Source: Burkholderiaceae bacterium (GTDB lineage Bacteria > Pseudomonadota > Gammaproteobacteria > Burkholderiales > Burkholderiaceae_C). Taken from it: DNA of 62,849 bases. The stretch spans positions 4,266 to 67,114 of the forward strand of contig DAMCAL010000001.1 in assembly GCA_032059585.1 (NCBI GenBank), written 5' to 3'. The position numbers and the translations under genes were made by a program. Below the pieces are notes generated by a model that worked only from the letters and a program-made list of their open reading frames with translations, was not told where the DNA came from and searched no databases. Positions 1 through 9,968 of this stretch are shown here, one piece after another; the first letter of the stretch is position 1, and every line of letters starts with the position of its first letter.

Positions 1-456
1 CGCTACCACGAGGTGCACCGCGCGCAGTTCCCCGAGCTGATCCGCATGGCCCGCCGCGTCGAGGCGGTGCACCGGGGCAAGCCTGACGTGCCGGCTGGCC
101 TGGCCGACGCACTGGAGGCCATGCACGAGGAGTTGCTCGCGCACATGCAGAAGGAAGAGGCCATCCTGTTTCCGATCCTGTCGCGGGGCGGCAGCCCGTT
201 CGCGCACCAGCCCATCGGCGTGATGCGCGCCGAGCATACCGACCATGGCGAAGCCCTGGAGCACCTCGCCCGGCTGACGCACGACATGATGCCGCCGCCG
301 GGCGCGTGCAACACCTGGCGGGCTTTGTACGGTGGCCTGGCGCAACTGGCTGACGATCTGGTCGACCACATCCACCTGGAAAACAATGTGCTGTTTCCGC
401 AGTTCGAACCTGCTCGGGCGGGCGAGGAGTGCGGCAGCGCGTGCGGCTGCAGCTGA
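1..456 (+). CDS. ytfE: Iron-sulfur cluster repair di-iron protein (RIC/YtfE family), 5'-truncated by window edge
   Basis: Hemerythrin-like motifs RYHEVHR, HMQKEEAILFP and HIHLENNVLFP; CNTWRALY. Confidence 0.92.
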   Translation, partial: RYHEVHRAQFPELIRMARRVEAVHRGKPDVPAGLADALEAMHEELLAHMQKEEAILFPILSRGGSPFAHQPIGVMRAEHTDHGEALEHLARLTHDMMPPPGACNTWRALYGGLAQLADDLVDHIHLENNVLFPQFEPARAGEECGSACGCS

Positions 457-472
457 ACGCGGGGGCAAACCG

Positions 473-886
473 ATGACGGCTACCCTCCCTTCCCGGCCGG
501 ATACGGACAGCATCACGCGGCTGGTGCACGGCTTCTACGCGGACGTGCGCGCCGACGCGCTGCTCGGCCCCGTCTTCGACGGCGCCATCGGTGCGCACTG
601 GGACGCGCACCTGGCGCGCATGGTGGACTTCTGGAGCACCGTGGCGCTGGGCACGAAAACCTTTCGCGGCGACGTATTCAGCAAGCACATGGCTCTGGAC
701 GGTGTGGCGCCCGAGCACTTCGCCGCGTGGACGCGGCTGTGGGCCATGCACACGGAGCGGCTTTTCGCCCCGCAACTTGCCCATGACCTGCAAACCGTGG
801 CGCACGGTATCGGGCGCAACCTGTTTCGCGGCTACTTCGGACGGCTGCCGGCGTTCGGCGAAGCACCCTCGCTCGCCGCCGCCTGA
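473..886 (+). CDS. Group III truncated hemoglobin
   Basis: LVHGFYADVRADALLGPVF...WDAHLARMVDFWS...KH...HFAAW; start at ATG 473 within ORF 332..886. Confidence 0.88.
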   Translation: MTATLPSRPDTDSITRLVHGFYADVRADALLGPVFDGAIGAHWDAHLARMVDFWSTVALGTKTFRGDVFSKHMALDGVAPEHFAAWTRLWAMHTERLFAPQLAHDLQTVAHGIGRNLFRGYFGRLPAFGEAPSLAAA

Positions 887-892
887 GGCGGC

Positions 893-1141
893 TCAGCGCC
901 GCTGGGCGCGGAGCCCGGCACGCAGTGGGTCCAGGAGCGGCGCCAGGCCGTTGTGGTCGATCTCGTGCATGAGGGCCAGCAGCTCCCCGATTTCGCCTGT
1001 CGGAAAGCCTTCGCGCGCGAACCAGTGCAGGTAGTTGGCCGGCAGGTCCGCGATCAGCGTGCCCTTGTGCTTGCCGAACGGCATTTCACGCTGCAGCAGC
1101 AACGCCAGGCGGGCCGGGTCGAGGCCGCGCGGCTGCATCAT
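893..1141 (-). CDS. DUF3820-family small protein
   Basis: MPFGKHKGTLIADLPANYLHWF...GELLALMHEIDHNGL; ATGA overlap with the upstream gene. Confidence 0.85.
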   Translation of the reverse strand: MMQPRGLDPARLALLLQREMPFGKHKGTLIADLPANYLHWFAREGFPTGEIGELLALMHEIDHNGLAPLLDPLRAGLRAQRR

Positions 1142-1584
1142 CCGCCGATGCCGCCGTAGCGAAAGGCGATGCCCGTGAGCACGAACGCCACCCCCAGCAG
1201 CGTCACGGCCGCCACATGCCAGGCGAGCAGCGGCAAGGTGCCGGGGCGCAGTTGCGGAATGACGCGGGTGCGCGCGTGCAGCGCCACCAGCGCGGTGGCT
1301 GCGAGCAGCGCCAGCTTGAGCGCCACGGCGCGCTCCATGGGCGTCTCCGGGCTGAGCCACTGCGTCCAGTCGGGCGCCACCTGCAACGCCATCCACACCC
1401 CGGTGGCCACCTGCGTCGCCAGCGCCGCCATGCCCAGGTGCTCGAACGCCTGCTCGAAGCGCAGCAGCGCCTCGGGCGAGCGTGTGCGCAGCGCCTGCGG
1501 CAGCACGGTCAACGCCAGCACCAGGTGCCCGCCGGTCCAGATGGTGGCAGCCAGCACGTGCAGGGCGAATACGATGGGGTACAT
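1138..1584 (-). CDS. CopD-family membrane protein
   Basis: LHVLAATIWTGG motif and four hydrophobic segments. Confidence 0.8.
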   Translation of the reverse strand: MYPIVFALHVLAATIWTGGHLVLALTVLPQALRTRSPEALLRFEQAFEHLGMAALATQVATGVWMALQVAPDWTQWLSPETPMERAVALKLALLAATALVALHARTRVIPQLRPGTLPLLAWHVAAVTLLGVAFVLTGIAFRYGGIGG

Positions 1585-1612
1585 GGGGCGGCGCGCGCAG
1601 GGCGGTTGCTGG

Positions 1613-1828
1613 TCAGTAGTGGGGCGGCAGTTCGTCGCGCAGGCTGGGCGGCGCGGCGCCGCCTTCGGGCACCTGCCGGCGCAGCTCGGCCAGCTCGGCC
1701 TGCAGCTGGTCGATGCGCTGCTGCTGGCGGTACAGCGCCAGGTTGAGCTGGTCGAGGAGATCTTCGGCGTAGGCGGCCTTGACCTCCAGCGCCTCCAGGC
1801 GCGCGTCCGTGTCGCGCACAGGCATCAC
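1613..1828 (-). CDS. slyX: SlyX family protein
   Basis: RLEALEVKAAYAEDLLDQLN...ELPPHY C-terminus. Confidence 0.92.
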   Translation of the reverse strand: MMPVRDTDARLEALEVKAAYAEDLLDQLNLALYRQQQRIDQLQAELAELRRQVPEGGAAPPSLRDELPPHY

Positions 1829-3030
1829 ACCGCCCGCGCCGCTTGGCCCAGGCGCGCCACGCCGTCGCGGATTTTCTCCACGTCGGCGGTAGCAAAGGAC
1901 AGGCGCAACGTGGCGTGGTCAGGCTCCGCGCAGAAAAACGGCGAACCCGGCACGAACGCCACCCCCTGGTCGATGGCGCGGCGCGCCAGCTCGCGGCCAT
2001 CGGCCATGCCCCCGCCCGCGCCTGTGAGGCGCGCCCAGACGAACAGGCCGCCCTGCGGCTGCACGAATTCGATGGCATCGCCGAGCTCGCGGCGCAAGGC
2101 GTCGCCCATGGCCTGTGCCCGTTCGGCGTAGACCTTGCGCACCCGCGCCAGGGTCTCGGGCATGCGGCCGGACTTCAGGTACTGCGCTGCGGTGGCCTGT
2201 GCGTAGGTGCTGGTGTGCGCGTCCGAAAATTGCTTGCACATCGTGGCGCGGGCCAGCAGCTCGGGCGGCGCGATCAGCCAGCCCACCCGCAGTCCGGGCG
2301 CCAGCACCTTGGACAAGGAGCCGCAATGCGCCAGCAGTTCGCGGCTGCCCGGCACCTGGTGCGACAGCGCCAGCAGGCTGGGCGGCGGGGCCTCGTCGAA
2401 ATACAGGTCGCCGTAGGGATCGTCCTCGACGACCACGGTTTGGTATTTCACGGCAAGTTCCAGCACCTTCTTGCGCCGCTCCAGGCTCAACGTGGCGCCG
2501 CTGGGGTTGCCGAAGGTGGGGATCAGGTACACCAGCTTCGGCCGGTGCTCGGCGATCAGCTCCTCGAGCCGGTCCACCTGCACGCCCGCCGCGTCGATGG
2601 GCGCACTGATGAGCTCGGCGCCATACAGCCGAAAACACTGGATGGTGGCCAGGAAGGTGGGCCCCTCGACAATGACCTTGTCTCCCGGGTCGATCAGCGT
2701 CTTGCCCAGCAGGTCCAGCGCCTGCTGGCTGCCGGTGGTGACGATGAGCTGCTCGGGCGTCAGGCCTTGCACCCCCTTGGCCGCCATGAAATGGCCGAGC
2801 TGCTCGCGCAGCGGCTGGTAGCCCTCGGTCGCGCCGTACTGCAGCGCAGCGCCCGGCTCTTCGCGCAGCACCGCCTCGCTGGCTTCGCGCAGGCCTTGCA
2901 CGTCGAACATGGCACTGTCTGGAAAGCCGCCGGCAAAGCTGATGATGCCGGGCTTGCCCAGCAGCTTGAACAGTTCACGGATGGCGGAGGTTTCGACCTG
3001 GTTCAGGCGGTCGGCGAAGGCAATGGGCAT
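1825..3030 (-). CDS. PLP-dependent aminotransferase class I/II (2-aminoadipate transaminase-like)
   Basis: SAIRELFK, ISFAGGFPD, EDDPYG, SLSKVLAPGLRVGW; start at MPIAFADRL. Confidence 0.88.
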   Translation of the reverse strand: MPIAFADRLNQVETSAIRELFKLLGKPGIISFAGGFPDSAMFDVQGLREASEAVLREEPGAALQYGATEGYQPLREQLGHFMAAKGVQGLTPEQLIVTTGSQQALDLLGKTLIDPGDKVIVEGPTFLATIQCFRLYGAELISAPIDAAGVQVDRLEELIAEHRPKLVYLIPTFGNPSGATLSLERRKKVLELAVKYQTVVVEDDPYGDLYFDEAPPPSLLALSHQVPGSRELLAHCGSLSKVLAPGLRVGWLIAPPELLARATMCKQFSDAHTSTYAQATAAQYLKSGRMPETLARVRKVYAERAQAMGDALRRELGDAIEFVQPQGGLFVWARLTGAGGGMADGRELARRAIDQGVAFVPGSPFFCAEPDHATLRLSFATADVEKIRDGVARLGQAARAV

Positions 3031-3130
3031 AGGACGCGTGAAAAGAGGTTGTCGAACGGAAGTCCACGGCATTGTCGCCAATCGGCGCACAGGTTTCCTG
3101 CACGCGCAGGACGCGCCACAATCGCCTGCG

Positions 3131-3775
3131 ATGAAAGACCGCGCCGTCGCCCCCTTCTTCGCTGCCCTGCAGGCCGGCAACCCGAACCCGACGACCGAGC
3201 TGGAATACACGACCGTGTTCGAGCTGCTGGCTGCCGTGCTGCTGTCCGCACAGTCCACCGACGTGAGCGTGAACAAGGCCACGCGCCGTCTTTTCCCCGT
3301 GGCCAACACGCCGCAGGGCCTGCTGGACCTCGGGCCCGAAGCGCTGGAAGGCTACCTGCGCACCCTGGGTCTGTACCGCAGCAAGACGCGCCACCTGCTG
3401 GAGACCTGCCGCCTGCTGGTCGAGCGGCACGGGGGCGAGGTGCCGCGCACGCGCGAAGCGCTGGAGGCCCTGCCGGGCGTGGGGCGCAAGACCGCCAACG
3501 TGGTGCTCAATACCGCCTTCGGCGAGGCGACGATCGCCGTGGACACGCACATCCTGCGGGTGTGCAACCGCACCGGTCTGGCACCCGGCGCCACGCCGCT
3601 GGCGGTCGAGCGCGGCCTCTTGGAGCGCGTGCCCGCCCGGTACCTGGTCAATGCGCACCATTGGTTGTTGCTGCACGGCCGCTACGTCTGCCAGGCACGC
3701 AAGCCGCGCTGCTGGGAATGCGTGGTGGCGCGCTGGTGCGACTACGAGCCCAAGACGGCGCCGCCGTCGCGCTGA
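3131..3775 (+). CDS. nth: Endonuclease III
   Basis: HhH motif LPGVGRKTANVVL, AVDTH, 4Fe-4S motif C-X6-C-X2-C-X5-C. Confidence 0.96.
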   Translation: MKDRAVAPFFAALQAGNPNPTTELEYTTVFELLAAVLLSAQSTDVSVNKATRRLFPVANTPQGLLDLGPEALEGYLRTLGLYRSKTRHLLETCRLLVERHGGEVPRTREALEALPGVGRKTANVVLNTAFGEATIAVDTHILRVCNRTGLAPGATPLAVERGLLERVPARYLVNAHHWLLLHGRYVCQARKPRCWECVVARWCDYEPKTAPPSR

Positions 3776-3781
3776 CTCCTT

Positions 3782-3844
3782 TGCTATCAATTAAATAGCT
3801 GAAGGCGCTTGCTGGATAAGCGCTGGAGCCGTATTTTGCCCAAA
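3782..3844 (+). repeat. Dispersed ~63-bp palindromic repeat, copy 1 (intergenic)
   Basis: TGCTATCAATTAAATAGCTGAAGGCGCTTGCTGGATAAGCGCTGGAGCCGTATTTTGCCCAAA; two hairpins (GCTAT/ATAGC and GCGCTT/AAGCGC). Confidence 0.85.
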
Positions 3845-3957
3845 CCATGGCGGTTGGCTGACAAGGCGCTTCAGCGGCGGATGGCACGGAGCCGACGGGG
3901 CCGCGCGCAGCATGGCGCTCGCCTGCGTGCGGCTCCTGCCCACTCCGCCCCACCGCC

Positions 3958-5283
3958 ATGCCCACTGCCCCTGCGCCCACTTCGGCCTCTCCCGCTGCGC
4001 CCCGCGTCTACACCGCGCAGGAAAAGCGCCAGCGCGTATTCGCCATCATGGCGGCCTCGTCGGGCAACCTGGTGGAGTGGTTCGACTTCTACGTCTATGC
4101 GTTTTCGGCGCTGTACTTCGCGCCGGCGTTCTTCCCGAAGTCCGACCCCACCGTGCAGTTGCTCAACACCGCAGGCGTGTTCGCCGCCGGCTTCCTGATG
4201 CGACCCATCGGCGGCTGGCTGTTCGGTCGCATCGCCGACCGCTACGGCCGCAAACGGTCGCTGTTGATCTCGGTGGCGATGATGTGCGCCGGCTCGCTGG
4301 TCATCGCCTGCCTGCCGACCTACGCGGCGGTCGGCGCCTGGGCGCCGTTTCTGCTGCTGCTGTGCCGGCTGGTGCAAGGCCTGTCGGTCGGCGGCGAATA
4401 CGGCACCACCGCCACGTACATGAGCGAGGTGGCGCTGCGGGGCCAGCGCGGCTTCTTCTCGTCGTTCCAGTACGTCACGCTGATCGGCGGGCAGTTGCTG
4501 GCGGTGCTGGTCATCGTGGTGCTGGAGGCGGTGCTGACAGAGGGCGAACTCAAGGCCTGGGGCTGGCGCATCCCCTTCGTCATCGGGGCGCTGTCGGCCG
4601 TGGTGGCGCTGTTCCTGCGCCGCACGCTGCACGAAACCCAGACCGAGGCTGCGCGCAACGCCAAGGAGGCCGGCACCATCGGTGGCCTGCTGCGGCACCA
4701 TAAGGCGGCCTTCTTCACCGTGCTTGGCTTCACGGCCGGCGGCTCGTTGATCTTCTACACGTTCACCACGTACATGCAGAAATACCTGGTGAATACCGTG
4801 CACCTGCCCATCAAGACCGCCAGTTACGTGATGACCGGGGCGCTGTTCCTGTTCATGTGCATGCAGCCGTTCGTCGGGGCGCTGTCCGACCGCATCGGGC
4901 GGCGCAACAACATGCTGCTGTTCGGCGCCATGGGGGCCCTGGGTACGGTGCCCATCCTGATGGCGCTGCAGCACGTCACCAGCCCGCTGCTCGCGTTCGT
5001 GCTGATCGTCGCGGCGCTGTCCATCGTTAGCTTCTACACCTCCATCAGCGGCATCGTGAAGGCGGAAATGTTCCCCGCCGAAGTACGGGCCCTGGGCGTG
5101 GGCCTGGCCTACGCGATCGCCAACGCGGTCTTCGGCGGCACGGCCGAATACGTGGCGCTGGGCCTGAAGACGCTGGGCCACGAGGCGGCCTTCTTCTGGT
5201 ACGTCTCGGCCATGATGGTCGTCGCCTTTGTGTTCAGCCTGCGCCTGCCACGCCAAGCCGCGTACCTGCACCACGACCATTGA
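3958..5283 (+). CDS. MFS metabolite:H+ symporter (KgtP/alpha-ketoglutarate permease-like)
   Basis: [32 protein letters not shown]. Confidence 0.88.
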   Translation: MPTAPAPTSASPAAPRVYTAQEKRQRVFAIMAASSGNLVEWFDFYVYAFSALYFAPAFFPKSDPTVQLLNTAGVFAAGFLMRPIGGWLFGRIADRYGRKRSLLISVAMMCAGSLVIACLPTYAAVGAWAPFLLLLCRLVQGLSVGGEYGTTATYMSEVALRGQRGFFSSFQYVTLIGGQLLAVLVIVVLEAVLTEGELKAWGWRIPFVIGALSAVVALFLRRTLHETQTEAARNAKEAGTIGGLLRHHKAAFFTVLGFTAGGSLIFYTFTTYMQKYLVNTVHLPIKTASYVMTGALFLFMCMQPFVGALSDRIGRRNNMLLFGAMGALGTVPILMALQHVTSPLLAFVLIVAALSIVSFYTSISGIVKAEMFPAEVRALGVGLAYAIANAVFGGTAEYVALGLKTLGHEAAFFWYVSAMMVVAFVFSLRLPRQAAYLHHDH

Positions 5284-5308
5284 CCAGCACCGCCCGAACT
5301 CGCGTTCC

Positions 5309-6655
5309 TCAGCGGGATCGATCGCCTGCTTGCACGCGGTCTAGCGCCATCAGGTGCTCCGCCACCGCCCTGTATGCGGGCAGCGAGGTCGGGTCGGTGG
5401 CGGCGTTGGCGGCTACCGGGTGCGAGGCGAACCGGACGATCACCATGTCGGCCTTCGGGTCCACCCAGATGGTCTGGCCGTGCACGCCGCGCGCAGCGTA
5501 GGCACCGTGGTCGTCATTGCTGATCCACCACATGCCCCCGTAGCTCCAGCCCTTGAGGAGGGAATAGTCCGCGCGCGCGAACGCAGCCTGGCTGCCGCCC
5601 CGGCGGATGCGATCGACGGCCGCAGCCGGGACCAGCTGCCGCCCCTGCCAGCGCCCGCCCTGCAGCATCAGCTGGCCCAGGCGCGCCATGTCGCGCAGCG
5701 TGGCGTTGAAGCCGCCACCGGCGAACGGCGTGCCGATGGAATCCACGGTGTAGAAAGCCTCGCGCTCGGCGCCCAAATGGCTCCAGATCCGCTCGGACAG
5801 CAACTGGGCGACAGAGCGCCCGCTGGCGCGCGCGATCAGCCAGCCCAGCGTGTCGGCGTTGATGGTCTTGTAGCCGAAGGCCTCGCCGTGCCTACCCTTC
5901 TTCTGCACGGTCTGCAGATACCCGAAGTAGCTGCGCGGCCCGCTGTAGCCGGGCGGCGGGGGCAGCGGGCTGCCTGCCTTGGCATAGGTCCACACCTCGG
6001 CCTGGGGGTCTGCGTAGTCCTCGGAATAGTCCAGCGCCGTGGTCATGTCCATCACCTGCCGCACCGTGGCGTCGCCGAAGGCGCTGGACTGCAGCTCGGG
6101 GATCAGCGTGCCCACGCGCGCGTTCTCGTCCAGCGTTCCTTCGGCCACCAGCATCTCACCCAGCAGCCCGGTGACCGACTTGGTCACCGACATGGCGCCG
6201 TGCAGCGTGTCCGCAGCCAGGCAGCCGGCGTAGCGCTCGTGGACCACCCGGCCATGGTGCAGCACGATGACGCCGTCGGTGTAGTTGGCGTCGAACGCTT
6301 GGCCCCAGGTCATCTCGGCACCGCCGTTCATGGGCCGGAAACGCACCTGCTCGAGTGTCCCGTCGATCGCCTCGGGCAGCGCGCCGGCGGCACCGCGCCC
6401 CCGGTCCACGGCCACGGTGGGCATCAGCTCGCGGAAGTGGCACACCGTCCAGCGCAACTTGGGGAACGCAAAGTAGTCCTCATCGGTGAAGCGAATGGTC
6501 TTGTCCGCCGCCGGGGGAAAGCCCTGCATCCAACCCAGCGTACGGGGGTCGGAGGCGGCTGCAGACAGCGGCGCGGGAGCCGTCGCCTGGACCGCGCCAG
6601 TGGCAGCCGCCAGCGCCAGCGCCAGCGCCAGCGCTGGAGAGCGCAGGTATTTCAT
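5309..6655 (-). CDS. Secreted serine hydrolase, beta-lactamase class C / NylB-like family
   Basis: Signal peptide MKYLRSPALALALALAAATGAVQA; SxxK motif (SVTK); ARGVHGQ; AAGGA RBS. Confidence 0.85.
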   Translation of the reverse strand: MKYLRSPALALALALAAATGAVQATAPAPLSAAASDPRTLGWMQGFPPAADKTIRFTDEDYFAFPKLRWTVCHFRELMPTVAVDRGRGAAGALPEAIDGTLEQVRFRPMNGGAEMTWGQAFDANYTDGVIVLHHGRVVHERYAGCLAADTLHGAMSVTKSVTGLLGEMLVAEGTLDENARVGTLIPELQSSAFGDATVRQVMDMTTALDYSEDYADPQAEVWTYAKAGSPLPPPPGYSGPRSYFGYLQTVQKKGRHGEAFGYKTINADTLGWLIARASGRSVAQLLSERIWSHLGAEREAFYTVDSIGTPFAGGGFNATLRDMARLGQLMLQGGRWQGRQLVPAAAVDRIRRGGSQAAFARADYSLLKGWSYGGMWWISNDDHGAYAARGVHGQTIWVDPKADMVIVRFASHPVAANAATDPTSLPAYRAVAEHLMALDRVQAGDRSR

Positions 6656-6724
6656 GTCGATTTCCTTGAAGAGCGGCTTGTTCGCCATCTTTCCACCCGC
6701 CTGCATCGCGCACCGCGCAGGCGC

Positions 6725-7492
6725 TCAGTCCAGCTCCTGCACGCCGCCCCCAGAGACGGTGAGGATCTGCCCGCTGACCCAGCTGGCGGCTGGCGAGCAC
6801 AGGAACAGCGCCGCATTGGCCATGTCCTGCGCCTGGCCCAGGCGCTGGATGGGCGTGTGCTGCAGCATGGCCTGCAGGATCTGGTCGCTCAGCACCGACT
6901 CCAGCGCCTCGGTGCGTGTGGCGCCGGGCGCGATGGCGTTGACGCGGATGCCGCGCGGCCCCAGGTCGAAGGCGATGTTGCGCACCAGATGGTTGGCCGC
7001 CGCCTTGGACGCGCCATAGGACGCCATGCGGCGGTTCTTGTTCTCGCCTGCCATGGACGAGATCGCCAGCAGCGCGCCGCCACCGGCCTTCTCCATCTCG
7101 GGCGCAGCCAGCTGCGCCAGGCGAAACAGCGAGAACACGTTCAGCTCGAACGCGCGGCGAAAGTCCGCCATCGGCATGTCGAAGGGCTTCGGGCCGCCGC
7201 CCCCGGCGTTGCTGACCAGCGTGGTGAGCTTGCCGAAACGCTGCACGGTGGCGTGCACCAGTTGCTCCAGGTCAGACTCGCGCGTCACATCGCAGGCCAT
7301 GGCGGCCGCCTGTCCGCCAGCCTGGGTGATGGACTGCGCCACGGCCTGCGCGCTGTCTGCGCTCAGGTCGCTGACCAGGACGCAGGCGCCAGCGCCGGCA
7401 AAGGTCTCGGCGATGGCGCGGCCGATGCCGGCACCCGCGCCGGTCACGACAGCCACCTGGCCCTCCAGACGGAAATGGGATGGGTCGTACAT
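6725..7492 (-). CDS. hdhA: 7-alpha-hydroxysteroid dehydrogenase (SDR)
   Basis: TGAGAGIG, NAGGGGPKPFDMPMADFRRAFELNVFS, YGASK, SWVSGQILTVSGGGVQELD, closely matching HdhA signatures. Confidence 0.9.
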   Translation of the reverse strand: MYDPSHFRLEGQVAVVTGAGAGIGRAIAETFAGAGACVLVSDLSADSAQAVAQSITQAGGQAAAMACDVTRESDLEQLVHATVQRFGKLTTLVSNAGGGGPKPFDMPMADFRRAFELNVFSLFRLAQLAAPEMEKAGGGALLAISSMAGENKNRRMASYGASKAAANHLVRNIAFDLGPRGIRVNAIAPGATRTEALESVLSDQILQAMLQHTPIQRLGQAQDMANAALFLCSPAASWVSGQILTVSGGGVQELD

Positions 7493-7602
7493 GCAAGGGT
7501 TCCTTTCGATGATTGCGCGGCCGGGGCAACAGGCGTAAACATGCACGGGCGCCCCAACAGCCGCGACGAGGGCGTTCAAAATACCGCGCACCGGCCACAA
7601 TC

Positions 7603-7641
7603 GTACACTTCCGTACGCTTTATAAGCGTACGTGTTTGTAC
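7603..7641. promoter_or_regulatory. Palindromic operator, probably bound by the adjacent TetR
   Basis: Perfect inverted repeat CGTACGCTT-TAT-AAGCGTACG (7612-7632) with symmetric outer GTAC boxes at 7603 and 7638, lying between divergent genes. Confidence 0.7.
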
Positions 7642-7662
7642 GTTTGTACTAACATCGGAGCC

Positions 7663-8253
7663 ATGCAGACCACGCCCCGCCGCGCCGACGCGCAAATGCA
7701 CCGTTCCTTGCTTCTGGACGCCGCCGACCAGGTGTTTTCCGAGCATGGCGTGCATGCCGCGCTGGAGCTGGTCATCGCCCAGGCCGGCATCAGCCGCGCC
7801 ACGCTGTACCGCAACTTTCCCGACCGCGACGCGCTCATGGCGGCGCTGCTGCAGCGCAGCTTCGAGGCACTGGAAACACGTGCGCAGCAGCTGGACGGGC
7901 AGGAGGATGGCCTGTTCATGCTCCTGGAGCACATGGCGACGCTGGTCGCCGACTCTGCCCCGGTGGCCGACCACTGGCGCGCCACCGGCCGCGACAGCCC
8001 GGTGCTGGCACGGGCGCAAAAGCGCCTGTCCGGCCTCGTCAAACCGCTTCTGGCCCAGGCCGTCGCCGCAGGTGCCTGCCGCTGCGACCTGACGGTGGCC
8101 GATGTGCTGCTGGTCACCACCATGCTGGGCTCGGGCCTGCGCGGGCGCAGCCGAACGCAGCGTCGCAGCCTGTCGCGCCGGGCACTGGCGCTGCTGCTGG
8201 ACGGCCTGCGCGCGCGCCCCGCGGCCGATGCGCCCCGGGAGCCGGCCCGGTGA
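7663..8253 (+). CDS. TetR/AcrR family regulator
   Basis: LLDAADQVFSEHG...AGISRATLYRNFPDRDAL HTH; GGAG RBS. Confidence 0.92.
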   Translation: MQTTPRRADAQMHRSLLLDAADQVFSEHGVHAALELVIAQAGISRATLYRNFPDRDALMAALLQRSFEALETRAQQLDGQEDGLFMLLEHMATLVADSAPVADHWRATGRDSPVLARAQKRLSGLVKPLLAQAVAAGACRCDLTVADVLLVTTMLGSGLRGRSRTQRRSLSRRALALLLDGLRARPAADAPREPAR

Positions 8254-9923
8254 AGCCGCAGCCGCGCGTCATCGGCCCCGTTCCCGACTGGGAGGAGCAC
8301 GAAAAACCCAGCATGCCGGGCTCGCCCGCATCGCTGCGCCACCCGCTCCATCTGCGCATCGCCTATGCCTGCGTGGCCGTGCTGGTGGGCCTGACGGGCG
8401 GCCTGGGTGCGGGCCTGCTGTCGGCCAACCTGCCGGCCATTGCCGGGCAGCTGGGCCTGACCACGGCCGAGGTCACCTGGCTGCCGGCCGCCTACGTCAT
8501 GGTCAGCGTGACGGCCAACCTGCTGGTCTACAAGTTCCGCCAGCAGTACGGCATCCGCCTGTTCGCCGAACTCGGCCTGGGCCTGTACGCGCTGGTCACG
8601 GTGCTGCACCTGTTCATCGAGGGCTTCGAGATGGCGCTGGTGGTGCGCGGCGTGAGCGGCTTCGTCAGCGCCGCCACCAACACCCTGGCGGTGCTGTACA
8701 TGCTGCAGGCCTTTCCGAAGGCCAAGCTGGGCGCCGGCCTGGTGGTGGGCTTGAGCATCGCGCAGTTCGCCACGCCACTGGCCTGGGTGATTTCGCCGTC
8801 GCTCATGCAGAGCAGCGACTGGCGCACGCTGTACCTGTTCGAAAGCGGGCTGGCGCTGTGCTCGCTGGCGGCGGTGGTCATCCTGAAGCTGCCGCTGGGC
8901 CTGCGCATCCAGGTGCTGGAGAAGACCGATTTCCTGACCTTCGCCCTGGTCGCGCCCGGCGTGGCGCTGCTGGCCGCCGTGCTGGCGCAGGGCCTGAACG
9001 GCTGGTGGACCGACAGCCCCTGGCTGGCCTGGGCGCTGATCGGCTCGCTGCTGCTGCTCACGGCCGGGGTCATCGTCGAGTACCGGCGCAAGAACCCGCT
9101 GTTGCAGGTGCGCTGGCTGACCAACATCGCCATCCTGCGCTTCATCCTGGGCGCGCTGATGATGCGCTTTCTGCTGTCCGAGCAGACCTATGGCGCCATC
9201 GGCCTGCTGCGCTCGCTGGGCATGGGGCCGGACCAGCTGCAGCTGCTGCACGCCGTGATGCTGCTGGGCATGGTCTGCGGCACGGCGGTCTCGGCCGTCA
9301 CCTTCAGCCCCAAGACCGTCGTGCCGCAGATCCTGGTGTCCATCGTGCTCATCGCCATCGGCGGCTGGCTCGACCACCATTCCAGCAGCCTCAGCCGCCC
9401 GCACGACTTCTATCTGAGCCAGTTCCTGCTGGCAGTGGCCTCGTCCATGTTCATGGGGCCGCTGATGATGATCGGCTTCGGCCAGGCCATCAAGCACGGC
9501 CCGGACCACATGGTCACCTTCATGGTGCTGTTCGCCATCACGCAAAGCGTGGGCGGCCTGATGGGCCCGGCCCTGCTCGGCACGCTGCAGGCGCAGCGCA
9601 CGCAGGCCTACGCCCAGTCCATCAACACGCACCTGCGCGCCGACGACCCGCTGGTGGCGCAGCGCCTTTCCATGCAGCAGGGCGGCCTGGCCGGGCGCAT
9701 CGCCGACCCGACACTGCGCGCCGCGCAGGGCACGGCGCAGCTGGCGCAGGTCGCACGGCGCGAGGCCTCGGTGCGCGCCTTCAACGACGTGTTCGGCGTC
9801 ATCGCCGCCCTGGCGCTGGCCTTTCTTGCCTGGTCGCTGTACCGCGTGCGCCGCGCCGCCGTGGCGGCCCGCGCCAACCCGCCCGCTGCGCCGCCGGCTG
9901 CGGCCGGTGCCGCCTCAGCCTGA
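8250..9923 (+). CDS. MFS efflux transporter (DHA2/EmrB-like)
   Basis: About 14 hydrophobic segments; GTGA overlap with tetR; followed by an HlyD gene and an OMF gene. Confidence 0.85.
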   Translation: MKPQPRVIGPVPDWEEHEKPSMPGSPASLRHPLHLRIAYACVAVLVGLTGGLGAGLLSANLPAIAGQLGLTTAEVTWLPAAYVMVSVTANLLVYKFRQQYGIRLFAELGLGLYALVTVLHLFIEGFEMALVVRGVSGFVSAATNTLAVLYMLQAFPKAKLGAGLVVGLSIAQFATPLAWVISPSLMQSSDWRTLYLFESGLALCSLAAVVILKLPLGLRIQVLEKTDFLTFALVAPGVALLAAVLAQGLNGWWTDSPWLAWALIGSLLLLTAGVIVEYRRKNPLLQVRWLTNIAILRFILGALMMRFLLSEQTYGAIGLLRSLGMGPDQLQLLHAVMLLGMVCGTAVSAVTFSPKTVVPQILVSIVLIAIGGWLDHHSSSLSRPHDFYLSQFLLAVASSMFMGPLMMIGFGQAIKHGPDHMVTFMVLFAITQSVGGLMGPALLGTLQAQRTQAYAQSINTHLRADDPLVAQRLSMQQGGLAGRIADPTLRAAQGTAQLAQVARREASVRAFNDVFGVIAALALAFLAWSLYRVRRAAVAARANPPAAPPAAAGAASA

Positions 9924-9968
9924 CGTCCCGTTGCCCCTTCCGGACTGCTTTCACACAAGAACACCGCC

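Noticed and set aside
6608..6632. (CGCCAG)x4 tandem repeat as a phase-variation tract
   Set aside because: It is an in-frame hexamer encoding the Ala-Leu run of a signal peptide, so length changes would not shift the frame.
5354..8092. 912-aa plus-strand ORF (likewise 58749..61268, 38063..40306 and 54672..56843)
   Set aside because: These are antisense or shadow frames of well-supported genes, with Arg/Ala/Gly-rich composition and no recognisable motifs.
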